Source of the DNA: Octopus sinensis
Lineage: Eukaryota
NCBI RefSeq assembly: GCF_006345805.1
Contig: NC_042998.1
Coordinates: 7,936,001-8,000,000, forward strand
DNA length: 64,000 nt
Direction: 5' to 3'
The number at the start of each line of letters is the position of its first letter. The first letter of the stretch is position 1. Below the pieces are notes generated by a model that was not told the DNA's origin, searched no databases, and saw nothing but the letters and a program-made list of their open reading frames with translations. A program made the position numbers and the translations under genes. This document shows, one piece after another, positions 40,675-53,651 of the stretch.

Positions 40675-41232
40675 GCGTGTGTTATGAATATATACATATA
40701 TAAAATATAGTGTGTGTATATGTGCACGTATGTATGTATGTGTATGTACGTGTATGTGAATCTGAGTCTGTACGATAGAAAATGCGCGTGTATAGCGTTA
40801 ACAATGTCTGGTAACCAATCTTGCAAAACGGCTGACATATTTCAGTAATCTAAATAACTGATCAGATTGTCGTTGGCATATATTTATATCTGCTTAGATC
40901 TCAATGATTATATATACAGTTACTTATGTATTTCTCTTACAACAGTTTATCTTACAAATGCATATGCACAGCATTTCTTCGTCTCTGTTTACCTTAAACC
41001 AAATTGTCGTAAGTCATCACAGAAATTTAGAAACAAATTCCCGCAGAATATTGGGTCAATAGCTTATGCTAATAGTTTAATAGTTTGTCGTGTCGTACTT
41101 CTATCAATTACTAAGATAGCAATTTAGTTTTCTGCTCATCTGCAATATATGATTATATATATATATATTTGTATGTGTGTGTGTCGGGTTGGCAAGAAAG
41201 TAATTTCGGTTTTACCTTATGAGACTTACAAA

Positions 41233-42090
41233 GGCAGTTGAGTGTAATTCTATGTGTTAAAAGCCATGTGGAGTTTAAGATGGCCTACATCAAAAATACG
41301 AAGTTGCGATCCTGCTATGTACGCTGGCGACCTGTCTCCCTTTGTCAGTCACTTAAGACAGTGCGTTTGTGGCTTTGAGTTAGTTTCTTCTTAATCCTTT
41401 TTGTCCCTTGAGGAGCATAGGGCCGGTTTCCCGGTTTCATTGGCGTATAGGTTCCCCACCTGGACGGGACGCCGCTCCGTCGCAAGTGAGCTGCAAGATG
41501 CAGGAGGAAAGAGTGAGAGAAAGTTGTGGCGAAAAAGTCAGCAGAAGTTCGCCATAACGTTCTACTCGAGCCGCGTGGTGCTTAGGTGTTTCGCTCATAA
41601 ACACACACATCGCCTGGTCTGAGATTCGAACCCGTGATCCCTCGACCGCGAATCCGCTACTCTAGCCACTAGGCCATGTGCCTCCACTTGAGTTAGTTTA
41701 ACTCTTATCTTTAACAAAAGCGGTGCTAGGCAATAAGCCACCATTTTTAATATGTTGTTTACAATTTTAGCGTTTTAGAAATCAACACACGTTTTCAACG
41801 GTTTTTCTTAAAAGACTGACAGAGGTAGATGAGTGTATCCCTATGCGTTAAGAGCCGCTGATGAGGATTAAGATGGTCTACATTAAAATCCGAGATTGCG
41901 ATCCGCTTATGTACGCTGGAGACTTACTTCCCTTCGTCCATCACTTAAGACAGTGCTTTTGTGGCTTTGAGTTAGTTTTACTCTTAATTTTAGCAAAAGC
42001 GGTGCTAGTCAGTACCCTCTGTCGCTTTTGTGACATCCAATAATTTTGCCTTTAGATTCTAATTGGTAATAAGCCACCAATTTTTATTTG
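41233..42090 (+). repeat. Tandem direct repeat (unit about 277 bp) of a PLE pseudo-LTR-like sequence with hammerhead-like cores
   Basis: Unit 1 is 41233-41386 plus 41700-41822, split by a SINE; unit 2 starts at about 41823. CTGATGA-ggatt...aatcc-GAGA-ttgcgat-C lies at 41858-41903. Confidence 0.6.
41387..41687 (-). mobile_element. SINE family C with tail type 2
   Basis: 12-bp TSD ttgagttagttt (41375-41386 and 41688-41699). Confidence 0.93.
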
Positions 42091-42109
42091 TTATACATAC
42101 CTATATATA

Positions 42110-42149
<40 letters not shown>

Positions 42150-42222
42150 TGTGCGCGTGTGTGTTTATCCTTTTATATATATATATATTATATATATATA
42201 TATATATATCATACACACACAA

Positions 42223-42265
<43 letters not shown>

Positions 42266-42544
42266 ATAAAACTTATATATAAGAACGTAAAATTCACGAA
42301 TTGACAAACACGGAAAAACAGACAGTAATTCAGAGCCTTCATTCTTCAGTCAGAAACCGATTCATCATGGCAAATTTCGGCTGTTTAATTCTGAGATTTG
42401 CTCCGAAAAGGCCAGCCCCAAGGAAAAGCTAAGCTATGGGCATTAGATTTGCTTGGTAGAAGGAAAGAATGTGACAACCGAGACGAATAGGAAAAAACAA
42501 GAGACGAAGATAAAATTGGAAACAGTAACGAATAAAAACAGGAA

Positions 42545-42597
<53 letters not shown>

Positions 42598-43859
42598 ATT
42601 TAGGGTATCTACGAGATACCGCCATGCTGAAAATAGCAGCCAAAATCTGACTCTAAAACCACATTAAATGTTCATACAGCACAAGGAGAGAAGCCAAAAA
42701 GACAAAATAAAACAAGCAAAAAATTACTGGATAATTCCAGATCCCGGATTTCTGACTTTGCATTAAGAAATGCTTTACCTCTTCAGTGGAATATACTCAG
42801 AAAGTGACATAAATGCACATATACATACAACATACGAATACTTACATATACAAACCTATACATATATATACACATATGCAACACAACCAGTTTAAATTGC
42901 TCGTCTCGTAAATTCTCGTGCGATATGGTAAAAACATTTGCTATTATTGTTATTGTTTTGCCCCATATCAAAGACATTCTAGTCAAGAGCATCGCATTTT
43001 CTTTCATTTTGCGTGCATAATACAACAATATAACAAGGACTGTGATATCTAATGTGTTCCTCTTTAAGACATCTTAGAGCAGAAAAATATTTGACCGCTA
43101 TTTCTAAATCGTGAGTCGAACGTGTAGAATCTCCGTTGTTAGCTTGTCAAAACGTTATTTTAAATGAGAAGGTAGAAGTATCAACTACTAAGTTTAAGAT
43201 CAGACACTTTTGATCTCAAACGTTTCCGCTAAATCGCATTCTTGCTAACTGCAATATTAAATATGATTCACCTTTCTTCGCAATTTATTGATTTCTTAAA
43301 CTGGTACAGGATTAAAACGAAATCGTCGGGATGAATTATACTTAGTTGAATCTATTCCAGGGCATGATTAATACTTATCAGTTTCGAGGGATGAAAGCCA
43401 AAGAACGAGTAGAATGCACTTGAATTTCTGACGGGGAAGAGCTGTGACTAAATGGAATACAACACATTTTGTCCGGTGTTTTGTTTCTGGTTTTCCATCT
43501 CAACCTCTCGAATATAATATATTTTTACTTTTGGCACATGATCATACATTTCTAGGGAGAAATGTATTTGTTTTAATTAAAACTAGTACTTAAGTAGCAT
43601 TTATATCTTGAGTTTGAACTCAATAAGTGAAGAGATGTTATTAAATATTTTAAGGCATTAAGTCCGGCTCTCTTCGGCTTCTACTAATCCTCCGTCATCA
43701 TAATTTTAGTAATATAGTAAACCAATAACCCTTGGTATAAATAATTTTTGCTGTTTTCACTATTTCGTTCTGAGATTTTTTTTTTTTTTTAATTAAGCCT
43801 CGGACAAGGTTTCATGAATTTTTAATGCAGAATCATCGGCATTTGAATATGTTACCCAC

Positions 43860-43930
<71 letters not shown>
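43860..43930. repeat. (CA)n microsatellite
   Basis: Near-pure run. Confidence 0.98.
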
Positions 43931-43935
<5 letters not shown>

Positions 43936-44714
43936 AACAAACACAGAATGATGTGCGCATACACGCTTTTCAAAGTCATCAGCAAATATTAAATGATAAA
44001 TAAGCATTAATCATTTTCTGATAGTCTGGCACGAATGTTTGTGATGGAAATCGGTGATAAAGCAATTTTACTCCGTGAAAAATGCTAACGGTGTCGTCAC
44101 TTCACCAGGGATGTTGTAGTAGGACAGAATCTATAGATACTCAAGTATTTGAGGGCTATCTTTAATGATAAAGAGTCGGAACATATCATCCCTGCAAGAA
44201 CTGTACATGAAATTACTGAATGAACCAAACTCAAGCCAAATGGTTGTAGAGTTATAACAAGTTCGTAGCAAGCTACTATGGAATCGGATTCATTTACTGA
44301 TTTAATATATCTTACATTAGTGCGATGGATCAACAGAATCCTGAGAGCTTCGGACAAAATACTTTGCGGTATTTAGTTATAGCTCTTACTTTTTCAGTTT
44401 CAAATCTTATCGAGGTCTATTTTATCTTTCAAATCCTCCGGGGCCAATAAAATTAGATGTCAGGCAAGTACTTGTGTCTATGGTAACGACAAAACTCCTC
44501 TTTTTACAATTTCTAGCCTTAAACCCTTATTATAAACAATATTGTACGCTACACTGTTGGCTTACTTTGCGAACTAATTTTGATTCATTTCACAGACAGC
44601 AATGGTTAAGAATGCCCAAGTCATGGATGGGAGTAAGAAATCTAGTTTTAAAGCGATTTATTACTGTGTTGAATCTTAACATCTTTGATGGTAAATTCAT
44701 ATATATGAATATGG

Positions 44715-44940
44715 CGAGCTGGCAGAATCGTTAGCACGCCGGGCGAAATGCGTAGCCGTATTTCGCCTGCTGTTACGTTCTGAGTTCAAATTCCGCCGAG
44801 GTCGACTTTGCCTTTCATCCTTTCGGGGTCGATAAATAAAGTACCAGTTATGCACTGGGGTCGATGTAATCGACTTAATCCCTTTGTCTGTCTTTGTTTG
44901 TCCCCTCTATGTTTAGCCCCTTGTGGGCAATAAAGAAATA
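44715..44940 (+). mobile_element. SINE family A
   Basis: Full family A consensus. Confidence 0.95.
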
Positions 44941-45360
44941 TATATTATTTGCCTTTAAAAGGGCGTCTGATTTTTACGTGAGTGAAACGTATTCTAACTT
45001 TAAAAGGTACCCTGATTAGCTAATAAGTTGTAGTGTATTTTAAATTTAAAAGTATGAAGTTGAGAAAGATACACTTTCCTTGTCGATTAACAACTCCAGT
45101 CTATTGCAGATTTTGTCTTCAATTGGAATTTAACCAAAGATGAAAATGTGACATATTCACCTCGCTAATTATATTATAACACCCTAAAATGATATATTCT
45201 AGAATATCAATTATAATATTACGGCGATGTACTTGCATAGCAAGTGATTTGATCTGAGATCGTGTGCTGGAAGGAAAACAATTGCAGCGTGGAAGGTGTT
45301 TGTAAGCCAATTAAGAAACACACAAAAGCCGTTTGATTCACTTCAACATTTAAGTTTAAT

Positions 45361-45409
45361 TTGTCAAAATATTTTCGTCGCTATAAGACCGCGACCTGTT
45401 CACTGACAA
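45361..45409 (-). ncRNA. Minimal type-I hammerhead fold with a G3:C8 core
   Basis: ttgtca-GTGAACA-g-gtcgc(ggtcttata)gcgac-GAAA-atatT-T-tgacaa: perfect stems I and II and palindromic stem III AATATT. Confidence 0.6.
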
Positions 45410-45429
45410 AAATCAGTGAGCACGGATTT

Positions 45430-45478
45430 TTGTCAGTGAACAGGTCGCGGTCTTAAAGCTACGAAAATATTTTGACAA
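45430..45478 (+). ncRNA. Second copy of the G3:C8 hammerhead fold
   Basis: Same motif, with one stem II mismatch (gctac instead of gcgac). Confidence 0.55.
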
Positions 45479-46089
45479 ATTAAACTTAAATGTTGAAGTG
45501 AATCAAACGGCTTTTGTGTGTTTCTTAATTGGCTTACAAACACCTTCCACGCTGCAATTGTTAATTATAATAGCTACGATAAAAGTGCCATCATGTCAGT
45601 CTCTGTTGCGTCTGCAGTGGCTACACTCACACACGCACAAATGCAAACGCATTACATATTTATGACAATGAGGACTTAAAAACGACATCCCCCGGAGATT
45701 TAAATCCAAAACAAAAAACAACACCCAAAACAAAGTTATGTTTGGTATACGGTACAAAATATTATTCGGTACAAAAAATTATAACTATAACACATCGCTA
45801 ATTATATTGTCGAGGTTGATCATAAGCTTTCCAACCACGACTACCGCACCATTTATTCAGGCATACGATCGGTTATCATGAACTATATTATCCGATGCGT
45901 GTGTGTCTTTAAAGTTAGTGTGTGATTTAAGGGCCGCGTTAGATGCTAAAACTGCAGGTGCTGGCAAAGTGATGCGCCGGCTCCAGCTTTCAATCCTCAG
46001 AATAGAAGGTTGTAAAAAATGCCAAACTCACTATTTTCAATTCAGTTTTCGTTTTTATGCTTAGCTATGGTCATAAATGATGAGTAACT

Positions 46090-46500
46090 ATCGAAAGAGT
46101 ACCACTGTGGATACAAAGAGCCGAAATGAAGTTCGTCTGAAAGATCTCTGAGGTACTGTTGTTCGAAAGGGTACGTAGCTAGGCAGGTCGATCGCTACAT
46201 CTCCGTATTGAGATGTCACAGCTCCGATACTATGGACATGTGATAATATTTCATGAAATAATCGCAAGACACTGTTCAAACCGAGCCAACGAGCAGAAGA
46301 GTCCCGGGGTAGACCAAGAACAAAATGGTTTGATAGTATCCATAGATTCAATTTATCATGCATGGGAATGCAGCTGGATAACATAATGACGGGTGCTTCT
46401 GATATGATCTTAACGAGGGAGTAGCTAAAGACTCTGTCTGTCTCGACTTCCCACCCATGAATAGAGGGCGAAGAAGATGGATGGAAGAATGGGTATGATT
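46090..46500 (+). mobile_element. Decayed RTE-type LINE 3' end
   Basis: WIQRAEMKFV, LRIEMSQLRYYGHV and ESRGRPRTKWFDSI. Confidence 0.8.
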
Positions 46501-46678
46501 TGAAGATTTGATCGCTATTTCTACCAGGTAAAGCAACTGAGTAGAGGTGCTCCAACACTGACAAGTTAAAATTTAGTATTTATTTCATTTTCATTTTCAG
46601 TCATATACATGAACATATATTTCCTTGTGTTTATACATGTAAACACACACACATATGTATATACATACATATACATAT

Positions 46679-46764
<86 letters not shown>

Positions 46765-47999
46765 ATATGTATGTATGCATACACGCAGATAAACTTTTTT
46801 CTTCTACATTTAAAATATGTCTAGACAGATGTGATTACTTCACGAATTGCATTTCAAAGAAATGAAAATAATTCAATTTTCATTAAGATTAAAAACAAAC
46901 ATCAGACTCGCTAACTTCATTACTATGATACGTTCGAATAGTGTCTTTCTTGTAAAATATTTCACCTATTTATCTGTAAACTAAGTTTCATCGATTGCCG
47001 AAAATTAATATTGAATGTTTTTATTTCTTTTCACTTTATCTACACAACGTAAACATTGCACACGCACACACAACACATGTGTGTGTGTGTGTGTATGGTG
47101 TATGTGTGAGTGTGAGTGCATTTTTGTGAGTGTGTGTGTGTGTGTGTACAGAAACACAGAATAAAACAAATTATTGTCTAATTTTATTAGTTTAGCATTT
47201 TTCGTGTTTACTAACAATTTCTTCCTGCTATGACCATCCACGAAACTCTTCAGTTGACTTGCGCATGTGCCAGCTGGCTAGGAATTTGAATTTACATGGT
47301 AAACTAATGCATGGTGTGTGTGTGTGTGTGCCTGTGTGTGTGTGTTGTGTGTGTGTGCTTAGAGTTTTCGTAGTATTCAGGATGCTATGTAGCTAGGTAA
47401 AATGTGGGATTAGCTCCTTTCTGTACTATTTTGTTTTATTTACTTAGATCCCATCTCTTTTCTTTCCTCCATTTGTTTATCTTTATCCACCCTCTCCTGA
47501 CATTATTTTAAATGTTCTTTATTAACATTTTCTTTCAGCCACATTTCTTCACAAAATATTTCTTCCCTCACCTTTCTCCCTATCATTTTTGGTTTTCTCA
47601 CTTTTTATATTTCGCCTTATTCCTTCTTAAGTCTTCTTCCTCCCCACACGTGATTTGAACTCTTTCCAAAAACATCATACAAATTGGGTTCTATGAAAAT
47701 TAAAATAAAAGCAAAATAATTGTAAATATTAAGATATAGAAACAAAGAGAACTAAAAAATTTATTCTGAAGATAAAAAAAAAGTTGTTAGTGGAAAATGG
47801 AGGAATATCAAGGATTAACTCGAAGTATTTCATTAACTTTTAGCTTAAGAATGTATCCTAAAAATGTTGATCGTTTGTGTGTTTGCTTTTGTTTATTGTT
47901 ATATATTTTAAAAATTAAAACTGTTATGTTTGTCGAATATTTTAATTGTTCATTAAACATTTAAGACATCTCAGAAATACTCCAACCTTTTCAGAAATC

Positions 48000-48550
48000 G
48001 ACACCTCCAGTCCACACCCCCACCAGCCCATCCTTCCGCCCCCACCACCCTCAGCACTCCACCTCCTCTTCCATGCTGCAAAGAACCGCGGCCACCAGCC
48101 ACCCCTCTCCTATCCCAGGAGGCACCCCGCTAATTCCCACCCCTGCCACACGTTTTCCACAGCAAGTGGGCAGAAGCACCCACTCTGGTGCTTCCAACGC
48201 CACAGTGGAGTGGATAATCGCTTCTTGCTTTTTCGCGAATCTCACCTCCACCGTGCCGTACCCCCTCTTACAAAATGTTGTGAGGCTCCTCACATCTCCC
48301 AGGCCTTCCTCCACAGCCTCCACTTCTATTTTTTTTTACTTCAGGGAAAGAGTTCCACACACCACCATCCGCTCCACCACGCCCGCCGCCGCCAGACCCT
48401 CCGGCAGTGCCAACTCTAGGCCGGCACCATCACCCTCCAAGAGCCACCCGAACTCCCCCAACCTCTCCCGGTCCATTTCAACTTCCCGCACCTGCAACAC
48501 ATCCGCTGCCAAACTCCCTCCAGCGGCCGCAGCGCAGTTCGAATACAGAC
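48000..48550 (-). mobile_element. Tx1/L1-type ORF1 5' fragment
   Basis: GC-rich island. MVVCGTLSLK*KKIEVEAVEEGLGDV...GYGTVEVRF...LLPTCCGKR...ISGVPPGIGEGWLVAAVL resembles the N-terminal part of L1/Tx1 ORF1 (from recall); contains stops. Confidence 0.55.
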
Positions 48551-48685
48551 AATGTTTAATGATAAGCGTTTTGTATTGCAGTTATGAAATGGTTTTTTCT
48601 ACCATCATCTGTATTAATCTTCAATGTAAATAATGTGAAGTGTCAAATCGTTACAGTTAACATCGCTTCTTTTTCCATCATCTGT

Positions 48686-48724
48686 ATACGCACGTTTCGA
48701 AATCTCCATACCTCATCAGCACAA
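48686..48724 (-). ncRNA. Hammerhead-like motif with a canonical core but G at the cleavage position
   Basis: tgtg-CTGATGA-ggtatggagatttc-GAAA-CGT-G-cgta. Confidence 0.5.
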
Positions 48725-49256
48725 TTTGTATATTTAAGCTATGGTTCAGTTTACGAATTTGTGTATAGGTTCAAGTGTACTAAAATAATTTAAATGAAAC
48801 TGAGTTACCTGCTCGACCAAGAACATCTGCACTGCAGCTGGGTTTCATCATTACCAAGCAAAACCACAGGAATAAAACTGAATTTTCCGTACGCTAAGAT
48901 ATTTAAATGTTGATATCCGATATTATATCTCATTGCACCTCCGTTTATTCATTTTTTTTTGTACATCTATTGTATCTACTTTACTTTGAGAAACCTAACC
49001 TGTATAACTTAAAAACTCTAATTGCTCACATGAGTTGCAAGGTCGAAACGTTAAATACGATGAGAAATGAAATACAAATCTAATACACTAAATTACTGTA
49101 ACTAGATTTGAACTTCCAACCTATGCTTTTACATTGAACAATAAATAGCTACATCTACTTCGAAAACAAAATAATAAGGTAAACTCTTCTACTAAACAGC
49201 ATAAACGGAAAGCGATATAACATATGGGAGAAAAGAAAAAAAAACAAAAAAGCAAA

Positions 49257-49653
49257 TCGTTATATATAAAAGTGAGGTTGTGTGTTGTCTGTCTCCTATG
49301 ATTTAGATTCCTAACTACTCCCACATTTTGCGGTGCAGTTTAACCAAAACCGGGTATCTTATAGTCGTGATTCATATCGAGCCCTTCTGGGTATTAGCGC
49401 GCGTCTACGATGAGTCTACGATTAAAAAAAAAATTACCATCATTTTTTTCATTTTTAATGCATTTTTTTAGCTATTATATAAAGGAAGTAACTCTCTAAA
49501 AATGTATTATTGAATCTCAGAACGTAAAAAGCTACAGTAACACCCCCCTTTGTGGTTAGCCATATTAAGATGGCTATTATACTTTACATCTCTAAAAATG
49601 CTTATATAGTTATTTCCCTTACAAACCCGAGCAAAGCCGGGCGATACTGCTAG
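49257..49653 (+). mobile_element. Non-autonomous Helitron, subfamily 2
   Basis: A|TC start and hairpin+CTAG|T end; the 5' ~170 bp are nearly identical to 21838-22246. Confidence 0.85.
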
Positions 49654-50099
49654 TAAAATATAAACTGCTACAACAACGTATTGTATCATTCACTTGACAC
49701 AATATATTATTTTACTATCCTTTTGTTTTCCATCTGATAACAAAGTCGCATATTTAGTTTTCTGAGATTGAGGTATTTATTTAATGTTCCATGTAACTTA
49801 TACCCTGTAGATTGAAATGGAGTTAATGTTATGTATTCTATATACTCTATGTAATAAAAGTATTTTTTTCATTTTTTTTTCTCATTATTTGTAAACACAC
49901 ATTTTTTTGTAATGTATAAATCTTATCAGTAGAGCTGGTGGACAATTGGATTTGTTATTCGTGAATTTAAGAGAAAGTTAACATCTTTAACGTTGTTTGT
50001 AAATTACTGCTCTACAGGAGAAAATAAAATGAATCAGCGTTGAATGTTGTTGCATCACATCATTACTAAGAACAGAATGTTATCAAGTGGAAAGTGACA

Positions 50100-52250
50100 C
50101 TACTGATTGCCGTGCGAAGAATTATGGTATACTCGTATCTGTCTTCATTGCGAATCCCAAATTGTACAAAAACTTTTTCAAGATTCTGTAAGCATTGTTC
50201 GCCACTAAGTGAAGCCAGATCTATTCAATGCATTTGCATGTAATCCAGACTGAAAAGTTTTGCAAAATATGAGATGCCCAAAACCACATCATTAAGAAAA
50301 CATAATTTCTGTGTATTCAGTCTGAAGCTGAAAGTGTTGCTAAAAAATAATATGAAGAAAGTGCATTTGAAGAAAATTATAGTTTATGTTATTCGATGGG
50401 AGATGTCTTCCACATGCACATAAAATGATAATCTTGCAACAACAAACCACGCCTGATGAGTTTAATATGTTTGTTTCTGCAGTGTGTAATTTGCAATATT
50501 TCTTAGCTCAATATTGCAATATTTGTTAGCTCAAGTTCCTTCAAATTACCCTATTTCAGTTTTTATTGGCAGAGTTTATTTGCAGCAACGGTATCAACAG
50601 CAAAACGGCAAAAATATTCGAGCCGAGGATGTTATCTGAAATGAATTACCTTAAATGTCAAGGTATGTATAGCAAGTTGTTGAACACACACATTACGTAA
50701 TGCTTTGCAAAAAATATTTACCTTTTTGGTGGCAAGAACATGGTGCCTCTGTGTGATTTTCAACTAATGCATCCTAAGTTTTAAAAAGCTGACAGAGCTG
50801 CTATCGTCGGCACAGTTTACAACCCATTCCTCATTTTGGAAGCGAGTGATGAAACTGAAATTCCTTTGAATATGCAACAATAGAATCAAAAGAAACACGA
50901 ACAGACTGCTATTCTTCGTTTTGGTGAAAGGCGGGAACAGCGGAATTCTGATAACGAGATTGTTACTCCCAAGTGTATTAATGTTCTCTATAGTAATAAG
51001 TGTGAGATTCTGTCTGTCTGGGACCCCTGTATCTCAGCCTATATTTACTCTGCGTAGACATATCCGTTTTGGAATCAGGATGATCTCGGGACTGGAAATC
51101 TGCTCTTCATTTGATTCTTGAACATCCAGCATTGGGATCTGATTTAAAAGCATTTGCGTTGCTATTTCTAGCTTATAAAGCTTGGCTGCTTCACGCCTTC
51201 TTCGTGGCTTTTGTCAGATGACATCAAAGATCACGAGGGAGATAAATAACGTTCGTTTTGTTAATTTTACGTCGAGATAAGAACTTTGGAACAAATTAAC
51301 TAACATTTGGAATTCAACTTGGGACTGGAACAATAGAATGATTGCATTACAGAATTAATTCTCACCCGTCCTTAACCTCTGATCATTATTATAGTCATGC
51401 TATTTAGCTCCCTTTGGTCATGCTCTGATCATTATTATAGTCATGCTATTTAGCTCCCTTTGGTTTTGGGCCACAGGCCCAATTAGTCCTCCGCAGGAAC
51501 TAACTTAAAAGCTGCATTTTGTATATTGCATAAACGTGAAATGATAATTCAAGTGTTGTTATATCGCTTCAAATCCTGCTGCTTAAACATACCGAGCAAA
51601 CTCTTAGTTTGGAGACGAGTTCATATATATTACTTTCTGTCAACACAAGCCAACACAGGATTTTTCAGAATCCGAACTTTACTGGGTTCTGCAATGCTGT
51701 AAGTACATTTAGTGATCCTATAAATACTGTATATTTGAAGAAACATTCCTTCATGACGAAATCAATGAGTATAATTATCTGATGGGATTCCTAAACAATT
51801 GTAAACCAGCCTTACTGTTTACTCCAATTAATCTTCATTTCGAAAAAGTGTTGAGTTTTTATGCTATTGAGAAATTTAAATGAGGTTTTTGGCCTTTTCA
51901 AAAAGAACTCGAATGACTCATTTGCATGAATGCATATCTGAAAGTTACGTTGCTCCAGAATTAAACCATGACGATTTCATTTACTTTATCATTTACCTTT
52001 CCACAGTTACAGATTCCAATACAAGTAGCTTTTGTAATGTCAACAATAAATCCCTAAATCACTTAGTGGTGCATAACAAACTAACGTCTGGATTACCAAT
52101 GTTCCAAGTACGTATATTTTTCCCAACAAATTTATTTCTACAAGGCCAATAGTGAGTTGTTCTTTTTAAGGACTCGCTATCTGCAGTGAAAATACCGAAA
52201 TGTAGAGTTAATATTATTGTGTGCACTTTTCCAGCGTTAAAATTTCTCAT
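50100..52250 (+). mobile_element. Heavily decayed Helitron PIF1-like helicase region
   Basis: Ordered remnants: RAEDVI*NELP (IIWDEAPM), FGGKNMVPLCDFQLMHP at 50725 (FGGK...GDFRQ.LP), YLMGFLNN, MLLRNLN at 51861, and LQIPIQVAFVMS-TINK at 52007 (RQFP.RLAFAMTINK). Confidence 0.7.
51377..51464. repeat. 46-bp tandem duplication
   Basis: ctctgatcattattatagtcatgctatttagctccctttggt occurs twice. Confidence 0.95.
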
Positions 52251-52439
52251 CTCTTTAATCATATGGATACTTACTTTTGAAGAAATTTATATGTAGATGA
52301 AATGTTAAGGTTTATACATACATTTCATCCCATTTCTGATAAATCATAAACAGCAACGGGAGCGGACACGCAGGCAATTGTATATACACGCGTGACATGG
52401 GCAGGTACATACACTTTCGACATGTGATCGTGTATGAGT

Positions 52440-52441
52440 GT

Positions 52442-52522
<81 letters not shown>

Positions 52523-52718
52523 TGTATTATATACGTATATATATATGTATATATATAAGTATATATATGTATATATATATGTATATATATATATGTATAT
52601 GTATATATATATGTATATATATGTATGTATATATATATTTATGTATATATACTAATACAATTATTTGTTTGTATTTCACCTGCCTTCGTCTTTTGTTTAT
52701 TTTCATGAAGCTTCCCGT

Positions 52719-52749
<31 letters not shown>

Positions 52750-52799
52750 GTATTATATATGTATATATATATGTATATATATATATATGTATATATATG

Positions 52800-52882
<83 letters not shown>

Positions 52883-53100
52883 ATACGTTTATATATTTGT
52901 TGTGCAAGATTTTTTATTGGCTAAACTGGCAAAATGACCATTCCGAATAACAATATATATATACATGTATGTATGTATGTATATTTTTGTAACATATTTC
53001 TATTATATATATATAGATTATATATATATATATATATATAATATATATATATATATTGTATGTATGTATGTATGTATGTATGTATGTATGTATGCATGTG
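52440..53100. repeat. Compound (TA)n/(TATG)n microsatellites
   Basis: Direct reading. Confidence 0.95.
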
Positions 53101-53651
53101 AACATGCGAGTTTCCATTAATATATGTAGCTATAAATTCATGTATGTTTATTTGCATACACCCGCATACACTATGTGTATACATGCTTGTGCCCACGCAT
53201 GTATAGAGAGAGAGGGAAAGATAGAAAGAGAGGGCTAAACAATGCAGTCTGTTGATTCCGATTTAGACAACGTCCGGGTCATGCGGTCACTACCCTTTCT
53301 CCCATGACAAATGTGACTCACACCGTTATTTTCTCCTAAGTAGCGGCAGACATATTTATGACACTATCACTCAAGAGTTTCCTCTTCCTCCTTCTGTTTC
53401 TTCTTCTTCTTTTGTTCAAATTTGTTCATATTTTAATGTTTCTTCATTGGATCCTATATGTAGGTGTCTTTGTGTATGTTCATCGTGTAGTTCACAATAA
53501 ATATAACATATTGACAACGTACAGTTTATTTGTTGAGGATGCGCCCCTTCCATTTTAAATTATGCAATGATTTCTGTAGCAGGCTCGACACTACACATTT
53601 TGGTGTAGGAAGGGAAAGTCAATTGAAACTTAGCGATATATTACTACTATT

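Larger units (their letters stand above)
45277..45562. repeat. Near-perfect palindrome with 138-bp arms and a 10-nt spacer
   Basis: 45277-45414 versus the reverse complement of 45425-45562; two mismatches by manual comparison. Confidence 0.97.

Noticed and set aside
41183-41212. Mariner-like TIR (ggttggcaagaaagtaatttcggtttt)
   Set aside because: Single end only; no partner TIR found.
46088-46564. 158-aa minus-strand ORF
   Set aside because: Antisense shadow of a plus-strand RTE remnant.
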